DNA of 64,000 nt from assembly GCA_029974015.1 (NCBI GenBank), contig JARKUF010000014.1, positions 217 to 64,216 of the forward strand, given 5' to 3'. Both the position numbers and the translations under genes were made by a program. The notes under the pieces are model-generated. The model made no database searches. It was not told the origin of the DNA and worked only from the letters and a program-made list of their open reading frames with translations. This stretch comes from Spirochaetota bacterium (GTDB lineage: Bacteria; Spirochaetota; UBA4802; JAGODF01). This document shows, in pieces, positions 17,512 to 26,997 of the stretch. How positions within the stretch are numbered: position 1 is the first letter of the stretch; each line of letters begins with the position of its first letter.

Positions 17512-19938
17512 ATGGTTAGACGGATCGAAAAGGCAGCTGTAATCGGTTCCGGTATCATGGGTGGAGGAATCGCTGCTCTATGCGCCAGTGCCGGTATACC
17601 TACTCTGCTGCTGGACATCGTACCCTTCGATTTGAAACCCGAGGAGAAAAGCAATCCCGATGCCCGCAACAGGATCGTGAAAGCCGGACTCGATGGGGCG
17701 AAGAAGGCTAAGCCCGGTCTTTTCATGGACAAAAAAGTTGACCCGGACATGATCACGATCGGAAACCTGGAAGACGATTTCGACAAACTCAAGGATGTCG
17801 ACATCATCTTCGAAGTGGTAGTTGAGAACCTTAAAATCAAACAGGACCTTTTTGCGCGCGTTGAAAAGGTGATTAAACCCACCTGCATTATCGCATCGAA
17901 CACCTCCGGCCTTCCACTGGCGAAAATGGCCGAAGGCAGGGGAAAATTGTTCAAAGAAAATTTTCTCATCATGCACTTCTTCAATCCGGTCCGTTACATG
18001 AAGCTCCTGGAGCTGGTAAAGGGCCCCGACACAAGTGATGAAGTGTGTAAGTTTGTCGAGCAGTGGGGCGAAAAAGTACTTGGCAAAGGCATCGTATGGG
18101 CGAAGGACACGCCGAACTTTATCGGAAACCGCATCGGCGTATATTTCATCGCCGAAGCCTTCCGCCTCCTTGAAAAATCCGATGTGACCATTCCCGAAGT
18201 TGACGCCATGTTTGGCCCCACCTTCGGTCTACCCAAGACCGCGGTGTTTGCCCTGGCCGACCTCGTCGGTCTCGATACCATCGGGCACCTCTCGGATAAT
18301 TCTTACGAACTCCTTCCGAACGATGAAGAACGTGAAGTCTACAAGATTCCCCAGTTTGTGAAGGACATGCTCGCGAAAAAGATGTTCGGCAACAAGACCA
18401 AGGACCAGGGCGGCTTCTACAAATCCGAAGTCGACATGGCTACCTGGAAAAAGATCAAAAAGGCCCTCGACATCAAGACCGGGGAGCACAAAGAATTCGA
18501 CAGGAAGGCAGTCGTTCCCGAGTGCGCCAAGAAGGCGAAGGAAGCGAAGACCCTTTCAGACAAACAGAAGTCGATCCTTTATGGAGACGACAAGGCTTCC
18601 AAATTCGCATGGAACCTCATTTCCAAGGCCGCCATCTACACGGCCAATAGAATTCCTGAAATATCCGACACAATCGTTGGCATCGACAACGCCATGAGGT
18701 GGGGATATGCCTGGGAAGCAGGCCCCTTCGAAATGTGGGACAATATCGGCCTTGAGGAATCCGTAAAGAAAATGGAAGCAGACGGATTGAAGGTCCCCGA
18801 AAGCATCAAGAAGATGCTCTCCAAGGGCAACAAGACCTTCTACAAGATCGAGGGCGGTAAAAAGTATTTCTACGACCTCTTGAAGCAGGAGTACAAGCCG
18901 GTCATTTTCAGCGAGAATTGCCTCTTTCTGGATGTTTACAAGGCCGACAAGAAGAACATCGTTAAGTCAAACGATTCCTGCTCTCTCATCGACATAGGCG
19001 ACGGAGTTTTTAACCTTGAGTTCCATTCCAAAATGAACGCCATCAATAAGAACATGGTTGATTTCATGGCCGTTGCCGGTGATTACGTATACAACAACGG
19101 AGTCGGCATGGTCATTGGAAACCAGGCCCCGGGCATCCCCGGCGCATTCTCGGCCGGCGGCGACCTCGCTTACATGCTTGGCCTCGCAAGGGCCGGTAAG
19201 TTCAGCGAGATCGACGGGTTCATCAGGGAAGTCCACAAGGGGATTATGGGCACCCGTTACGCCCCATTCCCCGTTGTAGCGGCCCCGTATGGTATGACTC
19301 TTGGCGGAGGATGTGAAGTTTGCCTTGCAGCCGACAAGATCGTTGCCCACTGTGAGCTGTACATGGGCCTCGTCGAGATCGGGGCCGGGCTTGTTCCTGG
19401 CGGATGCGGCATGATCAACCTCTGGAGAAAGTTCATGGATTCGGTCCCCGGGCCCGCCAAGGTCACGGACCTCGGCGGATATTTCGTGCCGGCATTCATG
19501 AACGTCGCCCAGGCGAAGGTGTCCATGTCTGCGGCGGAAGCCCGCGCAAACGGCTTCCTCGGGCCAAATGACAGGATCGTCTACAACAAGGACTATATCA
19601 TCGGCGAAGCTAAGAAGGAAGTCCTTAAAATGCTCGACGAAGGGTATACTCCCCCAAGGAAGAAGAAGATCCCCGTCATGGGAGGCGAAGCCTTAGGCAT
19701 GATCTATGCTGAAATGCTTAACATGAAGAACGGCGGCTACATCACTCCGCACATGGAAACTATTGCGAAGAAGATCGCCTTCTGCATGTCCGGCGGCCTC
19801 GTGCAGGGCGGCACACCGGTCGAAGAAGAATACCTGATGACGCTTGAAAGAGAAGCCTTCGTCGAACTGTGGAAGACCGAAAACACCCAGAAGATGGCCG
19901 AGCATATCATGAATACCGGCAAGCCGCTCATGATATAA
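17512..19938 (+). CDS. fadN: 3-hydroxyacyl-CoA dehydrogenase/enoyl-CoA hydratase (FadN type)
   Basis: GSGIMG, SNTSG, HFFNPVRYM, C-terminal crotonase domain (FSAGGDL, GGGCE). Confidence 0.93.
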   Translation: MVRRIEKAAVIGSGIMGGGIAALCASAGIPTLLLDIVPFDLKPEEKSNPDARNRIVKAGLDGAKKAKPGLFMDKKVDPDMITIGNLEDDFDKLKDVDIIFEVVVENLKIKQDLFARVEKVIKPTCIIASNTSGLPLAKMAEGRGKLFKENFLIMHFFNPVRYMKLLELVKGPDTSDEVCKFVEQWGEKVLGKGIVWAKDTPNFIGNRIGVYFIAEAFRLLEKSDVTIPEVDAMFGPTFGLPKTAVFALADLVGLDTIGHLSDNSYELLPNDEEREVYKIPQFVKDMLAKKMFGNKTKDQGGFYKSEVDMATWKKIKKALDIKTGEHKEFDRKAVVPECAKKAKEAKTLSDKQKSILYGDDKASKFAWNLISKAAIYTANRIPEISDTIVGIDNAMRWGYAWEAGPFEMWDNIGLEESVKKMEADGLKVPESIKKMLSKGNKTFYKIEGGKKYFYDLLKQEYKPVIFSENCLFLDVYKADKKNIVKSNDSCSLIDIGDGVFNLEFHSKMNAINKNMVDFMAVAGDYVYNNGVGMVIGNQAPGIPGAFSAGGDLAYMLGLARAGKFSEIDGFIREVHKGIMGTRYAPFPVVAAPYGMTLGGGCEVCLAADKIVAHCELYMGLVEIGAGLVPGGCGMINLWRKFMDSVPGPAKVTDLGGYFVPAFMNVAQAKVSMSAAEARANGFLGPNDRIVYNKDYIIGEAKKEVLKMLDEGYTPPRKKKIPVMGGEALGMIYAEMLNMKNGGYITPHMETIAKKIAFCMSGGLVQGGTPVEEEYLMTLEREAFVELWKTENTQKMAEHIMNTGKPLMI

Positions 19939-19968
19939 CTGGTCGGATAATTTACCTTGGAGGAAAAT

Positions 19969-21174
19969 ATGAGAGAAGCGTATATAGTAACTTCAGTAAG
20001 AACTCCTGGTTGCAGAAGAAACAAGGGCGCTTTCGCACACACCCGTCCCGAGGACCTTCTTGTAACAGCACTTAACGGCCTTATGGAAAGGTCCAAGGGA
20101 GTTGAAAAGGGAGCCATAGAAGATATAATGATCGGTTGTGCTTTCCCGGAAGCCGAACAGGGGCTGAATATAGGCCGTGTGGCCGCACAGATCGCAAAAT
20201 TTCCCGACAGCGTGTGCGGCGCCACTGTCAACAGGTTCTGCTCCTCCGGCCTTGAAGCGATCGCGCTCCAGGCCATGAGGATCAAATGCGGCTGGTGCGA
20301 CGTTGCCATCGGCGGCGGCCTCGAGTCGATGACGATCGTTCCCATGGGCGGAAACATGCCCAGACCCCATCCCGAGTGGGCGATGGAAAACCCCGACGTC
20401 TACATCTCCATGGGCATCACAGCGGAGAACGTTGCGAAAAGGTACAACATCACCCGGGAGATGCAGGACGAGTTCGCCTACCATTCAAACATGAAGGCGG
20501 CAGCGGCGCAGGAGAAGGGCCTCTACACTGAAATCGTTCCCACTCCCGCCGTATCGTACAAGATGAAAGACGGGAAATACGTGAAAGAAATCAAGATGCA
20601 GGATTTTGATGATGGGGTCCGTAAGGAGACCACGATTGAAGGGCTCAAGAAGTTAAGGCCCGCCTTCGCCTCCACCGGCTCCGTTACCGCCGGCAACTCT
20701 TCCCAGACCACTGACGGCGCCGCTGCGACGCTTCTTATGAGCGAAGATGCGGTGAAGAAGTACGGCGTGAAGCCCATAGCCAAGCTGGTAGCATACACCG
20801 TTGCTGGTTGCAGGGCCGATGAAATGGGTGTAGGTCCTGCCTACGCTGTTCCGAAGCTCCTCAAGATGGTGGGCCTTAAGGCCACCGACATTGGGCTTTA
20901 CGAGCTGAATGAAGCCTTCGCTTCCCAGTGCATTTACAGCGCACAGCAAATCGGCATTGCCGACAGGAAGAACTGGGCCTCCGACAGCGACTCCAGGATA
21001 ATCAACGTCAACGGCGGCGCCATTGCACTCGGACATCCCCTGGGATGCACCGGCGCAAAATTGGCGTCACAGCTCATGACGATGATGCAGAAGAAAGGAG
21101 CCAAGTACGGCATAGAGTCTATGTGCATAGGCGGCGGCATGGGTGCCGCGGCGCTCTTCGAGCTCTGCGAGTAA
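19969..21174 (+). CDS. fadA: Acetyl-CoA C-acyltransferase (thiolase)
   Basis: NRFCSSG, NEAFA, GHPLG, CIGGG; GGAGG RBS. Confidence 0.93.
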   Translation: MREAYIVTSVRTPGCRRNKGAFAHTRPEDLLVTALNGLMERSKGVEKGAIEDIMIGCAFPEAEQGLNIGRVAAQIAKFPDSVCGATVNRFCSSGLEAIALQAMRIKCGWCDVAIGGGLESMTIVPMGGNMPRPHPEWAMENPDVYISMGITAENVAKRYNITREMQDEFAYHSNMKAAAAQEKGLYTEIVPTPAVSYKMKDGKYVKEIKMQDFDDGVRKETTIEGLKKLRPAFASTGSVTAGNSSQTTDGAAATLLMSEDAVKKYGVKPIAKLVAYTVAGCRADEMGVGPAYAVPKLLKMVGLKATDIGLYELNEAFASQCIYSAQQIGIADRKNWASDSDSRIINVNGGAIALGHPLGCTGAKLASQLMTMMQKKGAKYGIESMCIGGGMGAAALFELCE

Positions 21175-21195
21175 TTAGCCGAATAAAAAAACATC

Positions 21196-21228
21196 GAAAG
21201 GGCCGCCGGATGGCGGCCCTTTCTTTTT
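21196..21228 (+). terminator. Intrinsic terminator of fadN-fadA
   Basis: GAAAGGGCCGCC-GGAT-GGCGGCCCTTTC followed by TTTTT. Confidence 0.85.
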
Positions 21229-21364
21229 AAACTCCCAGCAGTGGAGCGTTAAAAGAAAGCAAGGAGGGGCTTACGCCCTCCCCCAATGGGATTTTCTATT
21301 TTTTCGTTGTGGTATACATGCTATTTTGAATTGCAAAATTTCTTCGGCACTTCAATAATAAGCC

Positions 21365-22111
21365 ATGAAAACGATTTCACTCTTTGCCATTGCAGTCTTG
21401 GCTATTGCAGCCAATACCTCCTTCCCGGAAGGCGAAGACCCTTTGATGCGCGTAAAAGCCGTACACGAAAAAATCCGCACCATAGATTGCACTATCGAAC
21501 AATTCATTCACGATGGCGGCTCCGTATCGAGATACGCTGGCAGATTAAGGGCTGACTCATCGGGACGTTTCAGGATCGATTACCGAGAACCGTCACAACA
21601 AACGGTTGTCGCTACATCAAATTCACTCCTCTGGTACATAAAAGACACCGCGACTCTGTACGTTATTCCTTCAAATAATCCGAAAACGGCTGGGACCTCC
21701 CTCGGAATGACGGGAAGTTTTATAAAAAAAATAGACGAATCCATGAAAATCCAGTATCTCGGCACCGGGTTTCATGGTTTTTTTACGGCGGTACACCGTT
21801 TTATACTCCTGGACCGCTCCACAGGGCTTAAAATTGAGATGTCAACTGGAATAAAAGACAACGTTATTTTAGAAAAAAAAATACGTGACAGAGATGGCAG
21901 AGAGGTAATGCGTGAAATATACGGAGATTACCGGGACATAGATTCAATGAAATTCCCGCACAGGGTGGATGTCTTTGCCCTCACCGGGCGAGGTGTCGTA
22001 AGGAGCATCTCGAAATATAAAAACGTTGTTCTTAATTCTAACATTTCTAAACGAAACTTCGTCTTGAAAGTACCGGCAAAGACAAAAGTCTTGACGTACG
22101 GCCCGGAATGA
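21365..22111 (+). CDS. LolA-like outer-membrane lipoprotein carrier protein
   Basis: Signal peptide; GRFRIDY, P-QQTVV, LWY and C-terminal F..K.P pattern. Confidence 0.75.
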   Translation: MKTISLFAIAVLAIAANTSFPEGEDPLMRVKAVHEKIRTIDCTIEQFIHDGGSVSRYAGRLRADSSGRFRIDYREPSQQTVVATSNSLLWYIKDTATLYVIPSNNPKTAGTSLGMTGSFIKKIDESMKIQYLGTGFHGFFTAVHRFILLDRSTGLKIEMSTGIKDNVILEKKIRDRDGREVMREIYGDYRDIDSMKFPHRVDVFALTGRGVVRSISKYKNVVLNSNISKRNFVLKVPAKTKVLTYGPE

Positions 22112-23532
22112 AAGCTGCCGTGGAAATAATCAGGAAACTGTGTATTCTCTTCCTGATCACACTTTACTTTCAGGGAACAGCCTCAGCAGACGGCGATTCT
22201 GTTATTTTTACTGGCAACACTATTGATATAGGGCTAAGAGAGCTTGCGAAAGGAATAACGGCCGCTTCTTCAAAAAGGGACCTGGAATCACTTGCGGCTG
22301 CAGTGACGGACCGGTACCATAAACTTGGATATACCACCACCATGGTGGAAAAAATTCATGTCAGAAAAGACGGTATTGTGGAAATTGCGATCAGGGAATC
22401 AAAAATTGCCGAAATCACAGTTAGAGGCGTCTCGGACGGCATTGCGAAGTCCATTTGCGCGATACTGCGGCCCTCTGAGGGAGAGCTGTATAATGTCCAT
22501 GTCCTGCGCAGCAGGTCCATGGAGGTCCGTCGCAGGTTAGATATTTCCTCCATAAAAATCCGCGTTCTGAACCGAGACGGCAGCGAAGATGTATCCCTGG
22601 TCGTTACGGCGCGGAGACCATTGTGGGGGACTTTTCGTGGAGAGATGTTGTATGAGCCGATCTACGGTCTTTCTCCTTTCATCGAATACAGGCAGAAAAT
22701 GGCTCAATGCTCTTTAACATTACATGGAAATGCCGGCGTACGTCAGAGTGAATTCAGAAAAAAAGAGGGGGTTTTAAGATTCTCCGTTGAAACATTCGAC
22801 AGATGTCAAATCTTCGCGGACTTCGGGTGGACCGGAAAAACCGATGTCTGGGAAAGCGCCCATACCGAATATCATGAGCGGACCCACAGACCATCTGTCG
22901 GCATGAATGTTCAAAGCGGAGGATTTGTTTTTGAGCTTTCGTTCGTACAAAGCAGCATCCATCTCCGTGACTATCCTTCCGGAGAAGACGACCATTCGGA
23001 GCTCTTCGTAAAGGCATCAGCGGCATATCGGGAGACCGATATTCTTCTGCCGGGAATGGACGGGAAAAGCTTTGCCATATCGGCATCATCCGGGAAAAGC
23101 TCACTTTTGGAAGGGTACTTTATGAAAGGTGAAGCAATGGGAGTCACATCATGGTCGCCGGCGGTATGGCTCACTTTCCGTTCAAAGTTTATTGGACAGT
23201 ACGTTTCCGCACATGAGCGCTACTACATGTTCTACGTATTTGACCGCTTCCTTCCCGGGTTTGCGGACGATTTTACCTCCACTACAGCAAGGTTATTGTT
23301 GGGAGTTGAATCGGAATTTGAAGTATATCCGGACACAGTCTATCTGGCGCCCCTGGTTAACGGTGGAAGGTTCCGAAGCGAAGCAGGCCCTTCCTGGTAT
23401 AATGCCGTGGGATCAGGAATTAGTATATCCGTGCGAATCGGCACTTTCGGCTTTCAGGCCGTTTACGCCTGGGACATACAAGGGAATATGAAAGACGGAT
23501 CGTTCCTTATGACGGCGAACGGCACTTTTTAG
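22108..23532 (+). CDS. POTRA plus beta-barrel (Omp85-like) outer membrane protein
   Basis: YHKLGY/E.KIAEITVRG POTRA pattern, amphipathic strands, terminal Phe. Confidence 0.65.
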   Translation: MKAAVEIIRKLCILFLITLYFQGTASADGDSVIFTGNTIDIGLRELAKGITAASSKRDLESLAAAVTDRYHKLGYTTTMVEKIHVRKDGIVEIAIRESKIAEITVRGVSDGIAKSICAILRPSEGELYNVHVLRSRSMEVRRRLDISSIKIRVLNRDGSEDVSLVVTARRPLWGTFRGEMLYEPIYGLSPFIEYRQKMAQCSLTLHGNAGVRQSEFRKKEGVLRFSVETFDRCQIFADFGWTGKTDVWESAHTEYHERTHRPSVGMNVQSGGFVFELSFVQSSIHLRDYPSGEDDHSELFVKASAAYRETDILLPGMDGKSFAISASSGKSSLLEGYFMKGEAMGVTSWSPAVWLTFRSKFIGQYVSAHERYYMFYVFDRFLPGFADDFTSTTARLLLGVESEFEVYPDTVYLAPLVNGGRFRSEAGPSWYNAVGSGISISVRIGTFGFQAVYAWDIQGNMKDGSFLMTANGTF

Positions 23533-23539
23533 GAATGCA

Positions 23540-24022
23540 ATGAACAGGGAAAAAGGAACAGTGGTTGAAGTCAGGGGCGGCAAAGCAATTGTCGAAACTT
23601 CCGGTGGCGAAGCCTGCGCTTCATGTTCGGCGCGCCATGCGTGTGTCAGCATGGGTGGAACTAAAAAAATTACTATGGAGAACAAATCAGGTGCCGCAGC
23701 GGGAGACGAAGTGGAATTTGTTATACATGACCTGGGAATGTTGTTGTCTTCTATTATTGTGTACGGGGTTCCCCTGATATTCCTTGTTATTGGCATTGTA
23801 ATCGGACCAATGATCGGAAGTTTGGCAGGTTTAGGTGAAGAGCCATCAGCCGCCATTGGAGGGATTTTAGGGACGGCTCTCGCTCTGGGAATCATTCGGC
23901 TGCTTCACTTAGCCGTGGGCAAAAACCGGGTTTTCACCCCAGTAATGCTGAGAATCACTCACAGGCGTGGGCAAACGTCTAAAAATGTAAATAACGCGGG
24001 AGAATATACCGACAATACATAA
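23540..24022 (+). CDS. RseC/MucC family protein
   Basis: CASCSARHAC, GDEV, YGVPL and two TM helices. Confidence 0.88.
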   Translation: MNREKGTVVEVRGGKAIVETSGGEACASCSARHACVSMGGTKKITMENKSGAAAGDEVEFVIHDLGMLLSSIIVYGVPLIFLVIGIVIGPMIGSLAGLGEEPSAAIGGILGTALALGIIRLLHLAVGKNRVFTPVMLRITHRRGQTSKNVNNAGEYTDNT

Positions 24023-24025
24023 TAG

Positions 24026-24148
24026 GTTTGTTTGCCCGCAAAAGGTGGGCGGATAAACATTATATTTCGAGGTTACCTTCTGGCAAAGTCAGAATTATGC
24101 CTTCCCCCCCGCCGAAGGCGGTCGGGGAAACTTAATTGGAGTTTTCCC
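24026..24148 (-). repeat. Two decayed MITE-like fragments in tandem
   Basis: GC hairpins followed by GAGGTTACC and GGAGTTTTCCC ends; CGCC-GAA-GGCG loop. Confidence 0.6.
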
Positions 24149-24191
24149 AAAAAATATGATTTCTTATCCACCATGAAGAAAAAAGGACGCC

Positions 24192-24314
24192 ATGGGAAAG
24201 AAAATCTTGGATTTAACCGCCTACAAGATCGAAAAATCGCTTAAAGAAGAAGGCTTTATCATTAAAATCGACAAAAAAAAGAAGATTAAGCTCCTTTTGA
24301 GAATAACCCGTTGA
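24192..24314 (+). CDS. Small basic 40-aa protein, absent from the ORF track
   Basis: AAGGA RBS; MGKKILDLTAYKIEKSLKEEGFIIKIDKKKKIKLLLRITR. Confidence 0.6.
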   Translation: MGKKILDLTAYKIEKSLKEEGFIIKIDKKKKIKLLLRITR

Positions 24315-24583
24315 TTTTCCTTTTTTTTATTCCAACCACAAATCATGCTTGCCTTTCAGGTTAATACAGTATAGGTATCAAAAATTCACTGTGAACAGAA
24401 CACCGTGCTTTTCTTTTTTTATAGTTTGATAGTGTCGTGTGTAAAGCCTTATCCTGCTTTTATGCGCCTTGACTGACGAGGTGGCCAAACTGCTTCTACT
24501 GGATTTCCGAGGCCCCTATGGCATGGACCCCGGATATTGTATAAGGCGGTGAAGTAAAAATATATTGCATCGGACTGGTTACC

Positions 24584-25084
24584 ATGAGCAACAATATCGA
24601 AGATAACAGGGATGCCCTTAAAAAGGAGCTTGAAAAACTCAAGTACGAGTTCAAGATAGAATTGCCGAAAAAAATAGCAGAGGCCCGTGCGTATGGCGAC
24701 CTGCGCGAAAATGCTGAATACCACGCGGCCAGGGAGCGTCAGTCTTTCGTCAAAGCCCGCATAGGCCAGCTTGCCGATCAGTTGAGCAAGTTAAATAATA
24801 TTGACCTGTCGCGCATCAGCTCCGATTGCATTGGATTTGGCTCGACCATTATTGTTATTGACAATGACTCCGGCGAGGAATTGGAGTTGTCGTTCGTATC
24901 CCCTAACGAAGTTAACCCCTCGGAGGGGAAAATTTCCCTCTCCTCCCCTATAGGTCAGGCCCTCAACAACAAGTCAGTTGGCGATGTGGTAGTAGTGGAT
25001 ATCCCCGCGGGAAAGCGCACTTTCCTCGTACAAAAGTTAATAACGATCCACGGCAATATTTTCGATATCGCTGAAAAAGAATAA
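24584..25084 (+). CDS. greA: Transcription elongation factor GreA
   Basis: GDLRENAEY, FGS, ISLSSPIGQAL. Confidence 0.95.
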   Translation: MSNNIEDNRDALKKELEKLKYEFKIELPKKIAEARAYGDLRENAEYHAARERQSFVKARIGQLADQLSKLNNIDLSRISSDCIGFGSTIIVIDNDSGEELELSFVSPNEVNPSEGKISLSSPIGQALNNKSVGDVVVVDIPAGKRTFLVQKLITIHGNIFDIAEKE

Positions 25085-25109
25085 TAAACGTAGGACGGTA
25101 AAAAGTCTC

Positions 25110-26330
25110 ATGGCGACAATCAAAGAATTCAAGGGCCTAAGGCCTAAACAGGGCATGGAAGAGAAGGTGGCGGAGCTACCCTACGATGTGATAAGCTCCG
25201 ACGAAGCCAGGAAGATTGCGGAACGTAATGAGTTCAGTTTTTTTCATATAACAAAACCGGAAGTAGATCTTCCTGCCGGCTTGGATATTTACGATGACAG
25301 GGTATACGCCAAAGGGAAGGAGAACCTTGAAAGATTCATCTCCAACGGCACACTGCGCCGTGATGACTCGAACAATCTGTATCTATACTCGCTTGTCATG
25401 GAGGGACGCCTCCAGACCGGCCTCGTGGCCTGCGTTAGTATCGACGATTATCTTAAAGACATCGTTAAGAAACACGAGCTTACAAGGAAAGACAAGGAAC
25501 TCGACAGAACCAACCATATCGACCGTCTGGGGGCCCAGGCCGGTCTCGTATTCCTACTCTACGAGGAAGACGGTTCCAGGGCGGGGCTCATCGAAAAAGC
25601 CATGGCGGAAAAACCGGTGAACGATTTTACGACTTCCGACGGGATTCGTCATACGGTCCGCGTGATACACGACCCGGCGCTCATTCAAGCTCTGAAGAAA
25701 TCATTTGCCGGGACCACTCTCTACATCGCAGACGGCCACCACAGGGCAGCGTCTTCTGTCACGGTGGGTTTGAAGCGGCGTGAATCCGCAGGCGGAGAAA
25801 ACGGCGAGCATGGGTATTTCATCGCCGCGCTTTTCCCACATAATGAACTTACCATCCTTGCCTACAACAGGGTGGTACGTGATCTGAATGGTCTTGACGC
25901 TGATGGATTCATCAATGCCGTAAAAAAACGTTTCACGTGCAAAATAACAGGGAAAGATATGCCTGCGGCTAAACACGATGTCAGCATGTATCTAAATGGA
26001 GAATGGTACACCCTTACGCCCAACTTCCCCATACCGAACGACCCGATTGCGTCCCTGGACGTAAAAATTTTGCAGGATAATATCCTCAATCCGATTCTCG
26101 GCATAAATGATCCAAGGACGAGTACGCGCATTGACTTCATAGGAGGGATTAAAGGAACAGGCGAGTTGAAGAAACTCGTCGATAAAGGGGATTTTACCGT
26201 TGCATTTTCAATGTATCCCACTTCCGTTTTGGATCTTATTTCGGTATCGGATTCGGGGGGGATAATGCCGCCGAAATCGACCTGGTTTGAACCGAAATTG
26301 AGGAGCGGGCTCATTATCCATGAAATATAG
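25110..26330 (+). CDS. DUF1015 family protein
   Basis: PYDV, KKHELT, IADGHHR, MPPKSTWFEPK. Confidence 0.93.
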   Translation: MATIKEFKGLRPKQGMEEKVAELPYDVISSDEARKIAERNEFSFFHITKPEVDLPAGLDIYDDRVYAKGKENLERFISNGTLRRDDSNNLYLYSLVMEGRLQTGLVACVSIDDYLKDIVKKHELTRKDKELDRTNHIDRLGAQAGLVFLLYEEDGSRAGLIEKAMAEKPVNDFTTSDGIRHTVRVIHDPALIQALKKSFAGTTLYIADGHHRAASSVTVGLKRRESAGGENGEHGYFIAALFPHNELTILAYNRVVRDLNGLDADGFINAVKKRFTCKITGKDMPAAKHDVSMYLNGEWYTLTPNFPIPNDPIASLDVKILQDNILNPILGINDPRTSTRIDFIGGIKGTGELKKLVDKGDFTVAFSMYPTSVLDLISVSDSGGIMPPKSTWFEPKLRSGLIIHEI

Positions 26331-26371
26331 CGGATGAAGAAATGGTTGGTGCTGCAATCGGCGGGATAACT

Positions 26372-26444
<73 letters not shown>

Positions 26445-26562
26445 GCACTTGAGTAACGTTACATTGTTTAAGAGGGCGCTATTTGTCAATATTTTTTTAC
26501 AATTTCAAATTCAATGCCCAAATAGAGGTGCAAAATCCTCTTAAAATAAATCGGGAGGAGGC

Positions 26563-26886
26563 ATGGATATAAGTGCAGACAACAGCCGCTTGAAAAAAGA
26601 AAACGACCTTCTACAGCATGAACTCGAAAACTGCAGAAAAATGATACTCGGATTTGAAAAAGTCCTCAAATTGACTGAGAAAGAAATTCTTAACGCCGAA
26701 GAAATTATCAAGATGTACGAAAACATCGTGGAATTCGCCCGCAATGAGCTTATTCTGGCAACAGAAACTGTGAAAGCGCAGGAAAGCGCATCGTATTTAA
26801 GCCGACAGGAGCTAATGAACGCCCTGTCCAGGATAAGGGAACTAGAAGAGCAGAACAGGAAATATAGAGTACTGAAAGGTAAATAA
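26563..26886 (+). CDS. Small coiled-coil hypothetical protein
   Basis: GGAGGAGG RBS; heptad E/K/L-rich sequence. Confidence 0.75.
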   Translation: MDISADNSRLKKENDLLQHELENCRKMILGFEKVLKLTEKEILNAEEIIKMYENIVEFARNELILATETVKAQESASYLSRQELMNALSRIRELEEQNRKYRVLKGK

Positions 26887-26997
26887 ATACCTTTCAAAGG
26901 AAATAATTTTGTACGATAATATTATTACCTGAATTGCCAGAATCAGTGATATACTACGTTCTATCGATACGGAATTTTCATTTTGGGTTAAGATTGT

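Noticed and set aside
12086-20484. Long antisense ORFs (for example 12086-12799, 12744-13541, 14892-15581, 19737-20357)
   Set aside because: They are shadows of well-supported genes on the opposite strand.
24473-24490. Hammerhead ribozyme core (CTGACGA...)
   Set aside because: The required GAAA reads CAAA, and stems I-III cannot be formed.
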